Of a stretch of DNA of 23,863 nt, positions 1 through 8,208 are shown piece after piece (position 1 is the stretch's first letter; every line of letters begins with the position of its first letter). The notes under the pieces are model-generated. The model saw only the letters and a program-made list of their open reading frames with translations, made no database searches and had not been told where the DNA came from. Source of the stretch: Chloroflexota bacterium (GTDB taxonomy: Bacteria; Chloroflexota; Dehalococcoidia; Lucifugimonadales; UBA3495); NCBI GenBank assembly GCA_022566155.1, contig JADFJS010000011.1, positions 1-23,863 of the forward strand, in the 5' to 3' direction. The position numbers and the translations under genes are program-made.

Positions 1-897
1 GGCTGCGTCGGCTGGCTTGTAGTGAATGAAGAAGAAGTCGTGGGAGTGGAAATTCTCCCTGAGCGTCTCCACCTCGTCGGCGAAGGTTTTGCCGGTTAGT
101 ATCACTTTCATTCCTACCACCGTCGCCAGTCCCCGGTACATCGGATAGGCGGCGATGGCCGCCGGGTTCAGCCGGTAGACCTCCCCCATGGGCGGAAGAC
201 TGGGTAATTTGGCAAATCCCCGCAGCAGGACCATGTTGGCCCGCTCTTCTTCGGCCAGCAATTGCCGCGCCCGGGCCACGAACTGGTTAATCAGGCCGGC
301 AGACCGTTGAGCCTCGGGTTCCAGGGGCTCCGCCGGCAGCGGGAGTAGGGCCACACGCTGTGGGTCGGTCTCCGAGAGAGCGGCGGATAGCCCTTCCCCT
401 CTCAGGCGAAGGACGAACCGGTAATCCTGCACCGGGTACACATTTACTTGGACGCCATCGAGCTCGATCTGATCCAAACGGCGGCACAGGGGCTCGCTGA
501 GATCTGTAGGGATCCGGCCGGCGCGCCGGTCCAACAGCAGTCCGTCTCCGTCCACGGTACAGAAATTCCCCCGGGCCGCCACGTCACCCGGCTGGAGGGT
601 CACGTCGATCCCCAGGGCTTCCAGCGCACCGCGTCCGATCAGGTGCTTCAGGGGGTCGTAGCCGAACAGCGATAGATGACCGGGGCCGCTTCCGGGGGCC
701 ACTCCGGGCATCACCGGGGTGGTCAGGCCACAGGCGCTCTCCCGGGCCATGGCGTCCAGGTTGGGGATCGCGGCCGTTTCCAGCTCGGAGAGCCCGCTAT
801 CCGGATGGGCCAGCCCACCCAATCCATCGACGACCAGCATGACGATCTTTGAGGGGCTGGAGATGTAGCAATCCCGCAAAACTTCCAGGTCAATCAA
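1..897 (-). CDS. apgM: 2,3-bisphosphoglycerate-independent phosphoglycerate mutase, archaeal type (ApgM), partial; C-terminus lies beyond the left window edge
   Basis: My reverse-strand translation is open from position 1 to a TGA at 903-901. It reads ...RENFHSHDFFFIHYKPADAA / VVGMKVILTGKTFADEVETL / VYRLNPAAIAAYPMYRGLAT / RFVLRLRGEGLSAALSETDP / TLQPGDVAARGNFCTVDGDG / GHLSLFGYDPLKHLIGRGALEALGIDV / SKIVMLVVDGLGGLAHPD. The DGLGG N-terminus and the LFGYDP, SETDP and H-x-K-x-D motifs are typical of the metalloenzyme/PhosphMutase ApgM family. It is not in the ORF track because it is edge-truncated. Start is uncertain: TTG 897 (weak GAGAG Shine-Dalgarno), TTG 879 or ATG 840. Confidence 0.8.
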   Translation of the reverse strand, partial: MIDLEVLRDCYISSPSKIVMLVVDGLGGLAHPDSGLSELETAAIPNLDAMARESACGLTTPVMPGVAPGSGPGHLSLFGYDPLKHLIGRGALEALGIDVTLQPGDVAARGNFCTVDGDGLLLDRRAGRIPTDLSEPLCRRLDQIELDGVQVNVYPVQDYRFVLRLRGEGLSAALSETDPQRVALLPLPAEPLEPEAQRSAGLINQFVARARQLLAEEERANMVLLRGFAKLPSLPPMGEVYRLNPAAIAAYPMYRGLATVVGMKVILTGKTFADEVETLRENFHSHDFFFIHYKPADAA

Positions 898-957
898 TGT
901 TCAACTCTCAACTGGCGAAGCTGTATAGCCGCGGAGCCGGTGTGGTTATTTTGATTT

Positions 958-2169
958 TCATGCGTCGGGCAGTGCCGCGATCCCCGGCAACTCCTTGCCT
1001 TCCAGGAACTCCAGGGACGCTCCTCCTCCCGTGGAAACGTGGGTCATCCCGTCCATCAGACCTAACTCTTCGACGGCCTCGGCGGTGGAGCCGCCGCCAA
1101 CCACGCTGGTCACGCCGTTCATCGCCGCGATTGCTTCGGCTACGGTGCGGGTGCCCTGGCTGAAACGGGGCATCTCAAATACGCCCATCGGCCCATTCCA
1201 TATGATAGTGCGGCAATCCCTCAAGCCCTCGCAAAACTGCCGGGCGGTCGCGGCGCCGATGTCCATGATATACCAGCCATCGGGCACCTCGCCCACCGGA
1301 ACGGTTTCCATGCCAGGTGGATCGGCGTCGAATCTGCTGGCCACCACCAGGTCCTGCGGCAGATAAACCGGCAGGTCTCTGTCCTTGGCCTGAGCAAGGA
1401 TCTCGTTGGCGAACTCCAATAAGTTCTCCTCCACGTTGGAGGCGCCCGTGCCATGCCCCTGGGCTCGCAGGAATGTTACCGCCATGCCGCCGCCGATGAA
1501 CAATCGGTCCAGCCTGCCCAGCAGGTTTTCCAGGACGTGGATCTTATCGGCGACCTTGGCGCCCCCCAACAGGGCGGCCAGGGGACGCTCCGGCGCTTCC
1601 AGGGCTTGTCCCAAGGCCTCCACTTCCCGTTCCACCAGCAGGCCCGTGGCGGAAGGAAGGTGCTTGGGCAATCCCACGGTGGAGGCGTGGGCCCGGTGGG
1701 CTACTCCGAAGGCGTCCATCACAAAGCAATCCGCCAAGGCCGCCAGAGACTCGGCAAAATTGGAATCGTTGCCTTCTTCACCGGGGTGAAACCGTAGGTT
1801 TTCCAGCAAGACCACCTGGCCGGGCGCCATGCCTGCCACCGATGCCTGGACGGCGCCGCCAACGCAGTCGGTCAGGGTCTGGACCGGTTGTTCCAGGAGC
1901 TCGGCCAGGCGGCCGCCCACGTGGCCCAGCCGTAGTTGCTCAACGACCTCTCCCGCGGGGCGGCCCAGGTGCGAGCACAGGATCACCCGGCAGTCCCGCT
2001 CCAGCAGATACCGGATGGTCGGCAGGGTTGCCCGGAGCCGATGATCGTAGGAGGCCAGGGCCTCGGTTCCAAGCTCCAGGGGCCCCTGATCGATGGGCAC
2101 GTTAAAGTCCACCCGCACCAAAACGCGTTTGCCGGCGACATCCAGCCCGGCCAGGCTACGCTTGACCAC
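958..2169 (-). CDS. pgk: phosphoglycerate kinase
   Basis: ORF 958..2220(-) contains KRVLVRVDFNVP and a C-terminal VSTGGGASLEFLEGKELPGIAAL, both classical PGK. Alignment with known PGK N-termini (M..IRDVDLKGKRV..RVDFNVP) puts the real start at GTG 2169 (MVKRSLAGLDVAGKRVLVRVDFNVP), 11 nt after an AAGGAG. The track's GTG 2220 adds 17 non-conserved residues and has its GGTGAGG immediately adjacent to the start. Confidence 0.9.
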   Translation of the reverse strand: MVKRSLAGLDVAGKRVLVRVDFNVPIDQGPLELGTEALASYDHRLRATLPTIRYLLERDCRVILCSHLGRPAGEVVEQLRLGHVGGRLAELLEQPVQTLTDCVGGAVQASVAGMAPGQVVLLENLRFHPGEEGNDSNFAESLAALADCFVMDAFGVAHRAHASTVGLPKHLPSATGLLVEREVEALGQALEAPERPLAALLGGAKVADKIHVLENLLGRLDRLFIGGGMAVTFLRAQGHGTGASNVEENLLEFANEILAQAKDRDLPVYLPQDLVVASRFDADPPGMETVPVGEVPDGWYIMDIGAATARQFCEGLRDCRTIIWNGPMGVFEMPRFSQGTRTVAEAIAAMNGVTSVVGGGSTAEAVEELGLMDGMTHVSTGGGASLEFLEGKELPGIAALPDA

Positions 2170-2229
2170 CGTTCCAAACGCTCCTTTCAGAGGATGGACA
2201 TCTTGAAAGATGGGGCCCACACCTCACCA

Positions 2230-3246
2230 TCAGCCGTTGCCCTCCAGGACCCACATGCTCAAAAACTTCAGATCGCCCATCCGGTCCTCGGCCAGTCCGG
2301 CATCGGCCAGGGCCGCCAGTGCCTCGTCGACCAGCTCCCGGGCCTTGGCCTCCGAGCTCTGGCGCGCCTGGGCTTGGTCCAGAATCTCTATCACGCGCGA
2401 CACATCATCGGGTTGCAGCACGCGCTTGGCGTAGATATTCCCCAGTTCCCGCTTGACCGCAAGCTCGGCCGTCTCCATGGCAAGAATCAGCGGGAGGCTC
2501 TTCTTCTTGTTGAGAACATTGCTGGCCGTCATGCCGTCCCCGCGCCTGCCCCAAAAATCGTTGATATCCTGGCCGATCTGCCAGGCCATCCCCAACCGGG
2601 TGCCGGCAGCGCGGACCTGGAGGCAGACACTTTCATCCCCTCCGGCGGCCAGTGCGCCCAGCTCGGCGGAACACCCGGCCAGTGCACCCGTCTTGCGGCC
2701 GATCATGTCGTAGTAGGCGCCGGTGGTTACGAGGAGCTGGTCCTGAAAATCAAGGTCCATGTACTGGCCTTCGCAAAGGGTGAGGCATGCCCCGTCCAGC
2801 AGCCCCACCGCCCGTAGAACCTGGTCCGCCGCCACACCCCTTTGAGCCAGGCGCATTATAGTGGTGCGCCCAAGGGCGTGCAATCCGTCGCCGGCGTTGA
2901 TCGCTTGCGCCGGACCCCAGACCCACCAGATGCTGGGCCGGTCCTGCTGGTCCACCCGGCCCGACTGAACATCACTGTGCACCAGGGTGAAGTTGTACAC
3001 CAGTTCGATCCCCGCGGCGGCCGGCAATGCTGCCTGGAAATCGCCGCTAAGGGCCTCACAGCAGACCAAGGCCAGCAGGGATTGAAGGTGCAGCGCCAGA
3101 GGGAGGTCTTCCGGTTGCCCCCGTTGGTCGGCCCAGCCGAAATGGTACCGGAGCAGGTCGTAAAGGAAACCTTCCCTTCCCGAGAAGACGTCCTTCAATT
3201 CCTCTTCCAGGGCTCGCCGTTGGGCTTCAAAGCGGGATAAGGACAA
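2230..3246 (-). CDS. polyprenyl (isoprenyl) diphosphate synthase family protein (trans-IPPS fold) with degenerate Asp-rich motifs
   Basis: 338 aa. trans-IPPS features are GQYMDLDF and the NKKKSLPLILAMETA region. The first Asp-rich motif reads LVHSDVQSGRVDQQDRPS (canonical LxHDDxxDxxxxRRG) and the second reads WQIGQDINDFWG (canonical FQxxDDxxD). Start ATG 3246 is 5 nt after the tsaC stop. Confidence 0.75.
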   Translation of the reverse strand: MSLSRFEAQRRALEEELKDVFSGREGFLYDLLRYHFGWADQRGQPEDLPLALHLQSLLALVCCEALSGDFQAALPAAAGIELVYNFTLVHSDVQSGRVDQQDRPSIWWVWGPAQAINAGDGLHALGRTTIMRLAQRGVAADQVLRAVGLLDGACLTLCEGQYMDLDFQDQLLVTTGAYYDMIGRKTGALAGCSAELGALAAGGDESVCLQVRAAGTRLGMAWQIGQDINDFWGRRGDGMTASNVLNKKKSLPLILAMETAELAVKRELGNIYAKRVLQPDDVSRVIEILDQAQARQSSEAKARELVDEALAALADAGLAEDRMGDLKFLSMWVLEGNG

Positions 3247-3251
3247 TATTT

Positions 3252-3857
3252 TTACCCCAGGACCGTCTCGAAGGTAAGCGCCCCCTCCCTCACCAGCCGG
3301 GGAGTTCCCGTGGTCACATCGACCACGGTGGAGGGAATCCCCGCCGGGGACGGGCCGCAGCGTATTATGTAATCTACGCCATGGCTAAATTGGGCCTCCA
3401 CTGCTTCAATCGCCAGCAGATCGGCCTCACCGCTGATGTTGGCGCTGGTACCGGTGATGGGACCGCCAAACTCCCTGGCCAGGGCCAGGGGTATGGGATG
3501 GTCCGGCATCCGCACCGCCACGGTGTCGCGGCCGCCGGTCACCAGATCCGGCAACCGGCTGGAACGGGATAGAACCAGCGTCAAGGGGCCGGGCCAGAAC
3601 CGGTCGGCCAAACGGCGGCCGATCTCGGGGATATCTTGGGCCACCGATCCCACCTGCTCCCAATCCGAAACCAGCACCGGCAGGGCCAGCCCCAAGGGCC
3701 GGCCTTTCAAATCAAAGACTCTCCGGAGGGCAGGAACGTTGAACACGTCTGCGCCCACGCCGTACAGCGTGTCGGTGGGGAATACCACCACCCCGCCGGC
3801 CTTGAGGCAGGCCACTCCCTGTCCAATCTCGTCCTGGCAGCTCATGCTCGATGCCAT
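3252..3857 (-). CDS. tsaC: L-threonylcarbamoyladenylate synthase (TsaC/YrdC family, short form)
   Basis: 201 aa. Contains VVVFPTDTLYGVGAD, PLTLVLSRSS and GPITGTSANISGE, the signature of the YrdC/Sua5 fold. A GGAAGG Shine-Dalgarno sits about 10 nt upstream of ATG 3857. Confidence 0.85.
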   Translation of the reverse strand: MASSMSCQDEIGQGVACLKAGGVVVFPTDTLYGVGADVFNVPALRRVFDLKGRPLGLALPVLVSDWEQVGSVAQDIPEIGRRLADRFWPGPLTLVLSRSSRLPDLVTGGRDTVAVRMPDHPIPLALAREFGGPITGTSANISGEADLLAIEAVEAQFSHGVDYIIRCGPSPAGIPSTVVDVTTGTPRLVREGALTFETVLG

Positions 3858-3898
3858 TTAGGCTGGACCTTCCGCACAGATAATCCTCATCCGGCGTG

Positions 3899-3907
3899 AG
3901 TATAGCA
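3899..3907 (-). promoter_or_regulatory. candidate extended -10 promoter (TGcTATACT on minus strand) for the tsaC-ipps-pgk-apgM operon
   Basis: The minus strand reads ...cctatgcTATACTcacgcc about 35-45 nt upstream of the tsaC ATG. It is a TGn + TATACT extended -10. The -35 is poor (TTTTGG). Confidence 0.3.
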
Positions 3908-3968
3908 TAGGCGCCACGCCCCCAAAATATTCAGCACCGGGAGCCTATACTCCGCCCGGCTTCGTGGT

Positions 3969-3974
3969 TATAAT
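3969..3974 (+). promoter_or_regulatory. candidate -10 hexamer (TATAAT) for guaA. Weak -35, giving a ~190-nt leader
   Basis: Perfect TATAAT at 3969-3974 in the divergent tsaC/guaA intergenic region. No convincing TTGACA 16-18 nt upstream. Confidence 0.3.
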
Positions 3975-4166
3975 AACGAGAACAACCTGTCATATCATAC
4001 CAGGTATGGGGTCTCCCGGGCCGACAACTACTCTATCTAGGAGAAAGGGCCACGACAGAAGAAAGACTGTCCCCAGGCCGCCCGGCCGCAACCAGCGGCG
4101 CCCTTGAGGCTTCGGCGCACCCGGAGGCCGCCAAAGGCGCGGCGGCGGAGTCCTCGGCCGAAGCAC

Positions 4167-5710
4167 ATGCCGTCAGTCAAGGGATCGCCGTCATCGACTT
4201 CGGGTCCCAGTACACCCACCTCATCGCCCGCCGGATCCGCGATCTCAACGTATATTCCGAGATCATCCGTTCCTCGGCGTCCTGGGAGTCGGTGCAGCGC
4301 CTCAATCTACGGGGCGTGATCCTTTCCGGCGGCCCGGCCAGCGTGTATGCCGCCGGCGCTCCACAGGTCCCTTCCTGGGTGTTTGAACAACGTATCCCGG
4401 TGCTTGGCATCTGCTACGGGTTGCAGGCGCTGGTCCACCAGTTGGGCGGCAAGGTCGTGCCGGGTCAGAAGCAGGAGTACGGCTCGGCGGTGCTTCATGA
4501 GAATGCCACCGGGTCCCCCTTGTTCAAAGGCTTACCGTCCTCTTTCCAGGTTTGGATGAGCCACGGTGACCGGGTGGAGGAGCTGCCCCCCGGGTTCTCC
4601 AGCCTGGCCTACACCGATAACTCGCCGGTCGCGGCGTTGGGCGACGGAGACCGTATATTTGGCATCCAGTTCCACCCGGAGGTGCAGCACACGCCGCTGG
4701 GCACGACGATCCTGGAGAACTTCATCTTCTCGATCTGCGGCTGCCAACCCGACTGGACGCCGGGCAATTTCGTGGGTATATCCATCGACCGGATACGCCA
4801 CCAGGTTGGTGACGGTAAGGTCATCTGCGCGCTCTCGGGAGGGGTGGATTCAGCGGTTACCGCCGTCCTTCTGCACCGCGCCATCGGCGACCAGTTGACT
4901 TGCATCTTCGTCAACAACGGTCTCATGCGTCTGGAGGAGCCGGAGCGCGTGCAGGCGACCTTCCACGAGACCCTGGGACTACCCTTGCTATACGCCGATG
5001 CCCCGGACCGGTTTCTGGCCGGCCTCAAAGGCGTTATCGACCCGGAAGTGAAACGAAAGGTTATCGGCGAGGAGTTCATCCGGGTTTTTGAAGAAGAGGC
5101 CTCGCGCCTGGGGAAGACCGACTTTCTGGCGCAGGGCACCCTGTACCCCGACGTCATCGAGAGCGAATCCCCCGAGAACCGGTCCTCGGCCCGCATCAAG
5201 ACCCACCACAACGTCGGTGGTCTCCCCGACCATATGAAGCTGAAGCTGGTGGAGCCCTTGCGGTACCTGTTCAAAGACGAGGTGCGTGAGGTTGGTCTGG
5301 AGCTGGGACTGCCCAGAGACATCGTGTTTCGCCAGCCATTCCCCGGACCGGGCCTGGCCATCCGGATCATCGGCGAGGTTACTCTGGAGCGGCTGGACAT
5401 GCTGCGGGCCTGCGACTGGATAGTTCTCGATGAGATAACCAAGGCCAACCTTTATGACGAGCTCTGGCAGAGCTTTGCCGTGCTCAGCGACACCCGCACG
5501 GTGGGGGTGATGGGTGACTTCCGGACCTACGGTTACGTCTGCGCTATCCGCGCCGTCACCAGCCAGGATGCCATGACGGCCGATTGGGCGCGCTTGCCCT
5601 ACGAGGTGCTGGCGGCCATCTCCAACCGTATGGTCAATGAGGTGCCCGGCATAACCCGGGTGGTGTACGACATCACCAGCAAGCCTCCGGGCACCATCGA
5701 GTGGGAGTAA
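4167..5710 (+). CDS. guaA: GMP synthase (glutamine-hydrolysing). The 5' end is disrupted by an apparent 1-nt frameshift in a GGG run (4181-4183)
   Basis: Frame 2 is open from 3977 to 5710 and encodes ...[24 protein letters not shown]...GVILSGGP...GICYG...SGGVDS...[14 protein letters not shown], a full GuaA. There is no ATG/GTG/TTG in that frame before GTG 4292, which would delete the conserved DFGSQY region. ATG 4167 is in frame 0 (MPSVKGS...). Adding one G in the run at 4181-4183 gives [16 protein letters not shown], a textbook GuaA N-terminus of about 514 aa. Track ORF 4104..4319(+) is just this out-of-frame 5' end. Confidence 0.85.
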
Positions 5711-5785
5711 AGCCGCCCTGTCCGTTACCCCAGAACTCGAACGTATACTCGACCGTATATATGCGCAGGTCAAAGGGCTGACGGC

Positions 5786-7108
5786 ATGAAAGTCCTGATC
5801 GTTGGCTCGGGAGCCAGGGAACACGCCCTGGCCTGGCGTCTGGGCCAGAGTCCTTCGATCACCGGCATGTGGGTTGCCAATGGCAACGGCGGTACCGGCC
5901 GCATCGCCACCAATCTAGACATCTCGCCCGAAGACGTTGACGGTGTCGTGGGCGCAGCCCAGTCCTTGCAGATCGATCTGGTCGTCGTCGGCCCAGAGGT
6001 GCCTCTGTCCCTGGGTTTGGTGAACCGCCTGGATGCCTTGGGTATCCCATCCTTTGGCCCCACCCGGGCCGCGGCCCAGATCGAGTCCAGCAAGGCCTTC
6101 GCCCTGGAGGTGATGCAGGCAGCCGGGGTGCCCTGCCCAGACTTTAACGTATTTCATGAGCAGGGTGCCGCCCTGGACTTCCTGAGCCTTCACCGCGATC
6201 CAGTGGTGATAAAGGCGGATGGACTGGCCGCCGGCAAGGGTGTTTACCTGTGCCGGACACCGGAGGAAGCGACCGCGGCGGTGCGGGCTTGCATGGATCA
6301 GCGGGTCTTCGGAGACGCCGGCAACACGGTGGTGATCCAGGAGTACCTGTCCGGGCCCGAGGTGAGCATCTTCGCTTTCTGCGACGGCGAGCACCTATCT
6401 ACTCTGGCGGCCGCCTGCGATTACAAGCGGTTGAAAGACGGGAACGAGGGCCCCAACACCGGCGGTATGGGCAGCTTCGCCCCACCCGGCTTCTGGACTG
6501 CCGGCATGGAGGAGCGTCTCCGGATCACGGTCATGGAGCCGGTGATACGGGAAATGTCCGAACGCGGGACCCCCTACCGGGGCATCTTGTATGCCGGACT
6601 GATGTTGACCGAGGCGGGCCCCAAGGTGCTGGAGTTCAACTGCCGGCTGGGCGACCCGGAAGCCCAGGTGGTGCTGCCTTTGCTGGCCGGCGACCCATTG
6701 GAGATAATGTTGGCCTGCCACGAAGGACGCCTGTCCAAGGTTCCGGTCCGGTGGAGGGCGGACAACTACGTGGGCGTGGTGATGGCATCGGGGGGCTATC
6801 CGGCCGCATACGAAACCGGGTTCGAGATCGTCGGTCTGGATGACGCCGATGAGGAGGCCCAAAACACGATGATATTCCATGCCGGGACCCGTTCTTCCAT
6901 TCAAGATCGGCCGGGCCGGGTGACCACGAGCGGCGGCCGGGTTCTCACCGTGGTCGGACGGGGCGATTCGCTGGCAGAAGCGCGTGATAGGGCTTATCAT
7001 AGGGTGCGGAGGATCGACTTCCGAGGCGCCTACTATCGTACCGATATCGCCGCAATGGAGAGCATAGAAGGGGAATTGGCAGCGAATCCGGCAAAGGCGA
7101 GTGGCTAG
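5786..7108 (+). CDS. purD: phosphoribosylamine--glycine ligase
   Basis: 440 aa. MKVLIVGSGAREHALAWRL N-terminus, ATP-grasp core and a PurD C-domain (GGRVLTVVG). AAGGG Shine-Dalgarno upstream. Confidence 0.95.
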   Translation: MKVLIVGSGAREHALAWRLGQSPSITGMWVANGNGGTGRIATNLDISPEDVDGVVGAAQSLQIDLVVVGPEVPLSLGLVNRLDALGIPSFGPTRAAAQIESSKAFALEVMQAAGVPCPDFNVFHEQGAALDFLSLHRDPVVIKADGLAAGKGVYLCRTPEEATAAVRACMDQRVFGDAGNTVVIQEYLSGPEVSIFAFCDGEHLSTLAAACDYKRLKDGNEGPNTGGMGSFAPPGFWTAGMEERLRITVMEPVIREMSERGTPYRGILYAGLMLTEAGPKVLEFNCRLGDPEAQVVLPLLAGDPLEIMLACHEGRLSKVPVRWRADNYVGVVMASGGYPAAYETGFEIVGLDDADEEAQNTMIFHAGTRSSIQDRPGRVTTSGGRVLTVVGRGDSLAEARDRAYHRVRRIDFRGAYYRTDIAAMESIEGELAANPAKASG

Positions 7109-7190
7109 GCTGCTGGAAAGCATATCGATCAGCCCCGAAGATGGCACTGGTTTGCTATGCCCCTTCTCAAGCAGCCAAGGGCACGGGCGG

Positions 7191-7219
7191 GTGACTTTTT
7201 TCGATATAGTTTGTAATAT
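7191..7219 (+). promoter_or_regulatory. candidate promoter GTGACT-N17-TAATAT upstream of the acidic ORF/purE
   Basis: Hexamers at 7191-7196 and 7214-7219 with 17-nt spacing. Partial matches to TTGACA/TATAAT. Confidence 0.25.
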
Positions 7220-7253
7220 GGGAGCGACCGGGCTTCGGTTGGGGAGGTACTAG

Positions 7254-7712
7254 ATGGCGTGGCGAGACACCTTGGGCAGGCTGCGGGAAGAGCTGGCCGA
7301 TGTGCGGGCGGAACGGCAGCGGCAGGCCGCCGCCGATGAAGCCGAGATCCAGCATCAACGGGAAGAGTTGTCCAAGCTGGTCACTTCCTTGGAGATCAAC
7401 CAATTGCTCAACGAGATGAAAGCCACCCTGCTGAACGGCCAGGGGGAACTAGAAACCATCATCTCTTGGGAAGCACCGGCCGACGGCGACGATGAAGACA
7501 TTAACGACCGTGACGATTCCGAAGAGGAAGAGGGCGACCTCATTGCCAATATATTGATATGGGATGAGGCCGGTGAACGGGAGATCGCGGTGGACCTTGG
7601 GTCGAGTGAAGATGGGACCTACCTCCAGGTTAACGGCGTGGACATTCGCCTGGAGGCCGAAGCCCTGGAGCAGGCGCTGGTGGAGGCTTTCCGCGATGAA
7701 TTGGAGCTGTGA
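7254..7712 (+). CDS. hypothetical acidic protein (predicted coiled-coil N-terminus, D/E-rich middle)
   Basis: 152-aa ORF with a GGGGAGG Shine-Dalgarno 7 nt upstream of the ATG. No recognisable family. Lies between purD and purE. Confidence 0.55.
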   Translation: MAWRDTLGRLREELADVRAERQRQAAADEAEIQHQREELSKLVTSLEINQLLNEMKATLLNGQGELETIISWEAPADGDDEDINDRDDSEEEEGDLIANILIWDEAGEREIAVDLGSSEDGTYLQVNGVDIRLEAEALEQALVEAFRDELEL

Positions 7713-7748
7713 TCTCTTGACCTCCAGTCCGCATATGAGGTGCTCGTT

Positions 7749-8207
7749 TTGCCGTTAGTCGGTGTTATCATGGGAAGCGCTTCCGACGAGCCGGTGGTCC
7801 AGGAGACAGTGGACACCCTGGAGCTGCTCCACATCGACTACGAGGTCAGGGTGATGTCGGCCCACCGGACACCGGAGCGGGTGCAAGAGTACGCCCAAAC
7901 GGCTAGAGACCGTGGAATCGAGGTGTTGATAGCGGCGGCCGGCGGCTCGGCGGCCCTTGGAGGCGTCTTGGCCTCGTGGACTACCCTACCGGTGATCGGC
8001 GTACCCCTGGCCTCCAGCGAGCTGAAGGGCATGGACGCCCTCTTAGCCACGGCGCAGATGCCTCCGGGTATCCCTGTGGCATGTATGGCCGTGGGATCGT
8101 GGGGAGCGCGAAACGCGGCCTTCTTCGCCGCAGAGATTTTGGGGCTGAAGTATGACCACATCAGGCAGGCCTATGAAGAATATCGACAGCAGCTCCGGGA
8201 GCGCTAG
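7749..8207 (+). CDS. purE: N5-carboxyaminoimidazole ribonucleotide mutase
   Basis: PLVGVIMGSASDEP...GIEVLIAAAGGSAALGGVLAS...PVIGVP is the PurE signature. The track starts at GTG 7740 with no Shine-Dalgarno spacing. TTG 7749 (MPLVGVIMGS, like B. subtilis MQPLVGIIMGS) follows a GAGGTG at 7 nt. Confidence 0.9.
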   Translation: MPLVGVIMGSASDEPVVQETVDTLELLHIDYEVRVMSAHRTPERVQEYAQTARDRGIEVLIAAAGGSAALGGVLASWTTLPVIGVPLASSELKGMDALLATAQMPPGIPVACMAVGSWGARNAAFFAAEILGLKYDHIRQAYEEYRQQLRER

Positions 8208-8208
8208 G

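Noticed and set aside
3930-4060. Possible purine (G-box) riboswitch in the long guaA leader. Local strings AGGUAUGG, CCGGGC and CCGACAACUA resemble the L2 and J3/1 elements of the xpt aptamer.
   Set aside because: No P1 pairing. No P3 hairpin between the CCGGGC and CCGAC elements. The conserved UAUA junction is missing in register. So the three-way-junction architecture cannot be drawn. An Rfam RF00167 covariance search would settle it.
4104-4319. 71-aa ORF ([15 protein letters not shown]...) upstream of and overlapping the guaA start.
   Set aside because: It is the +1-frame reading of the guaA 5' region and is better explained by the frameshift in the GGG run than as an independent gene.
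4609-5824. Long minus-strand ORFs (279 and 278 aa) antisense to guaA. Similar cases: 1936..2817(+) antisense to pgk/IPPS, 6395..7147(-) and 6250..6843(+) over purD, 9003..9842(-) over purB, 10247..10861(-) over purC.
   Set aside because: They lie opposite or overlapping well-supported conserved genes. Their translations are R/G/P/S-rich low-complexity. This is typical of antisense open frames in high-GC DNA.
7109-7253. Intrinsic terminator after purD (T-tract ttttttcg at ~7197).
   Set aside because: No GC-rich stem immediately precedes the T-tract. Only a weak CCCTT/AAGGG pairing lies 17 nt upstream. It is more likely part of the promoter spacer.
8152-8208. Earlier starts (TTG 8152 / ATG 8173) for the HAD gene inside purE.
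   Set aside because: They would overlap purE by 35-56 nt and add non-conserved residues. TTG 8209, with GGAG at -8, aligns with the MtnX N-terminus.
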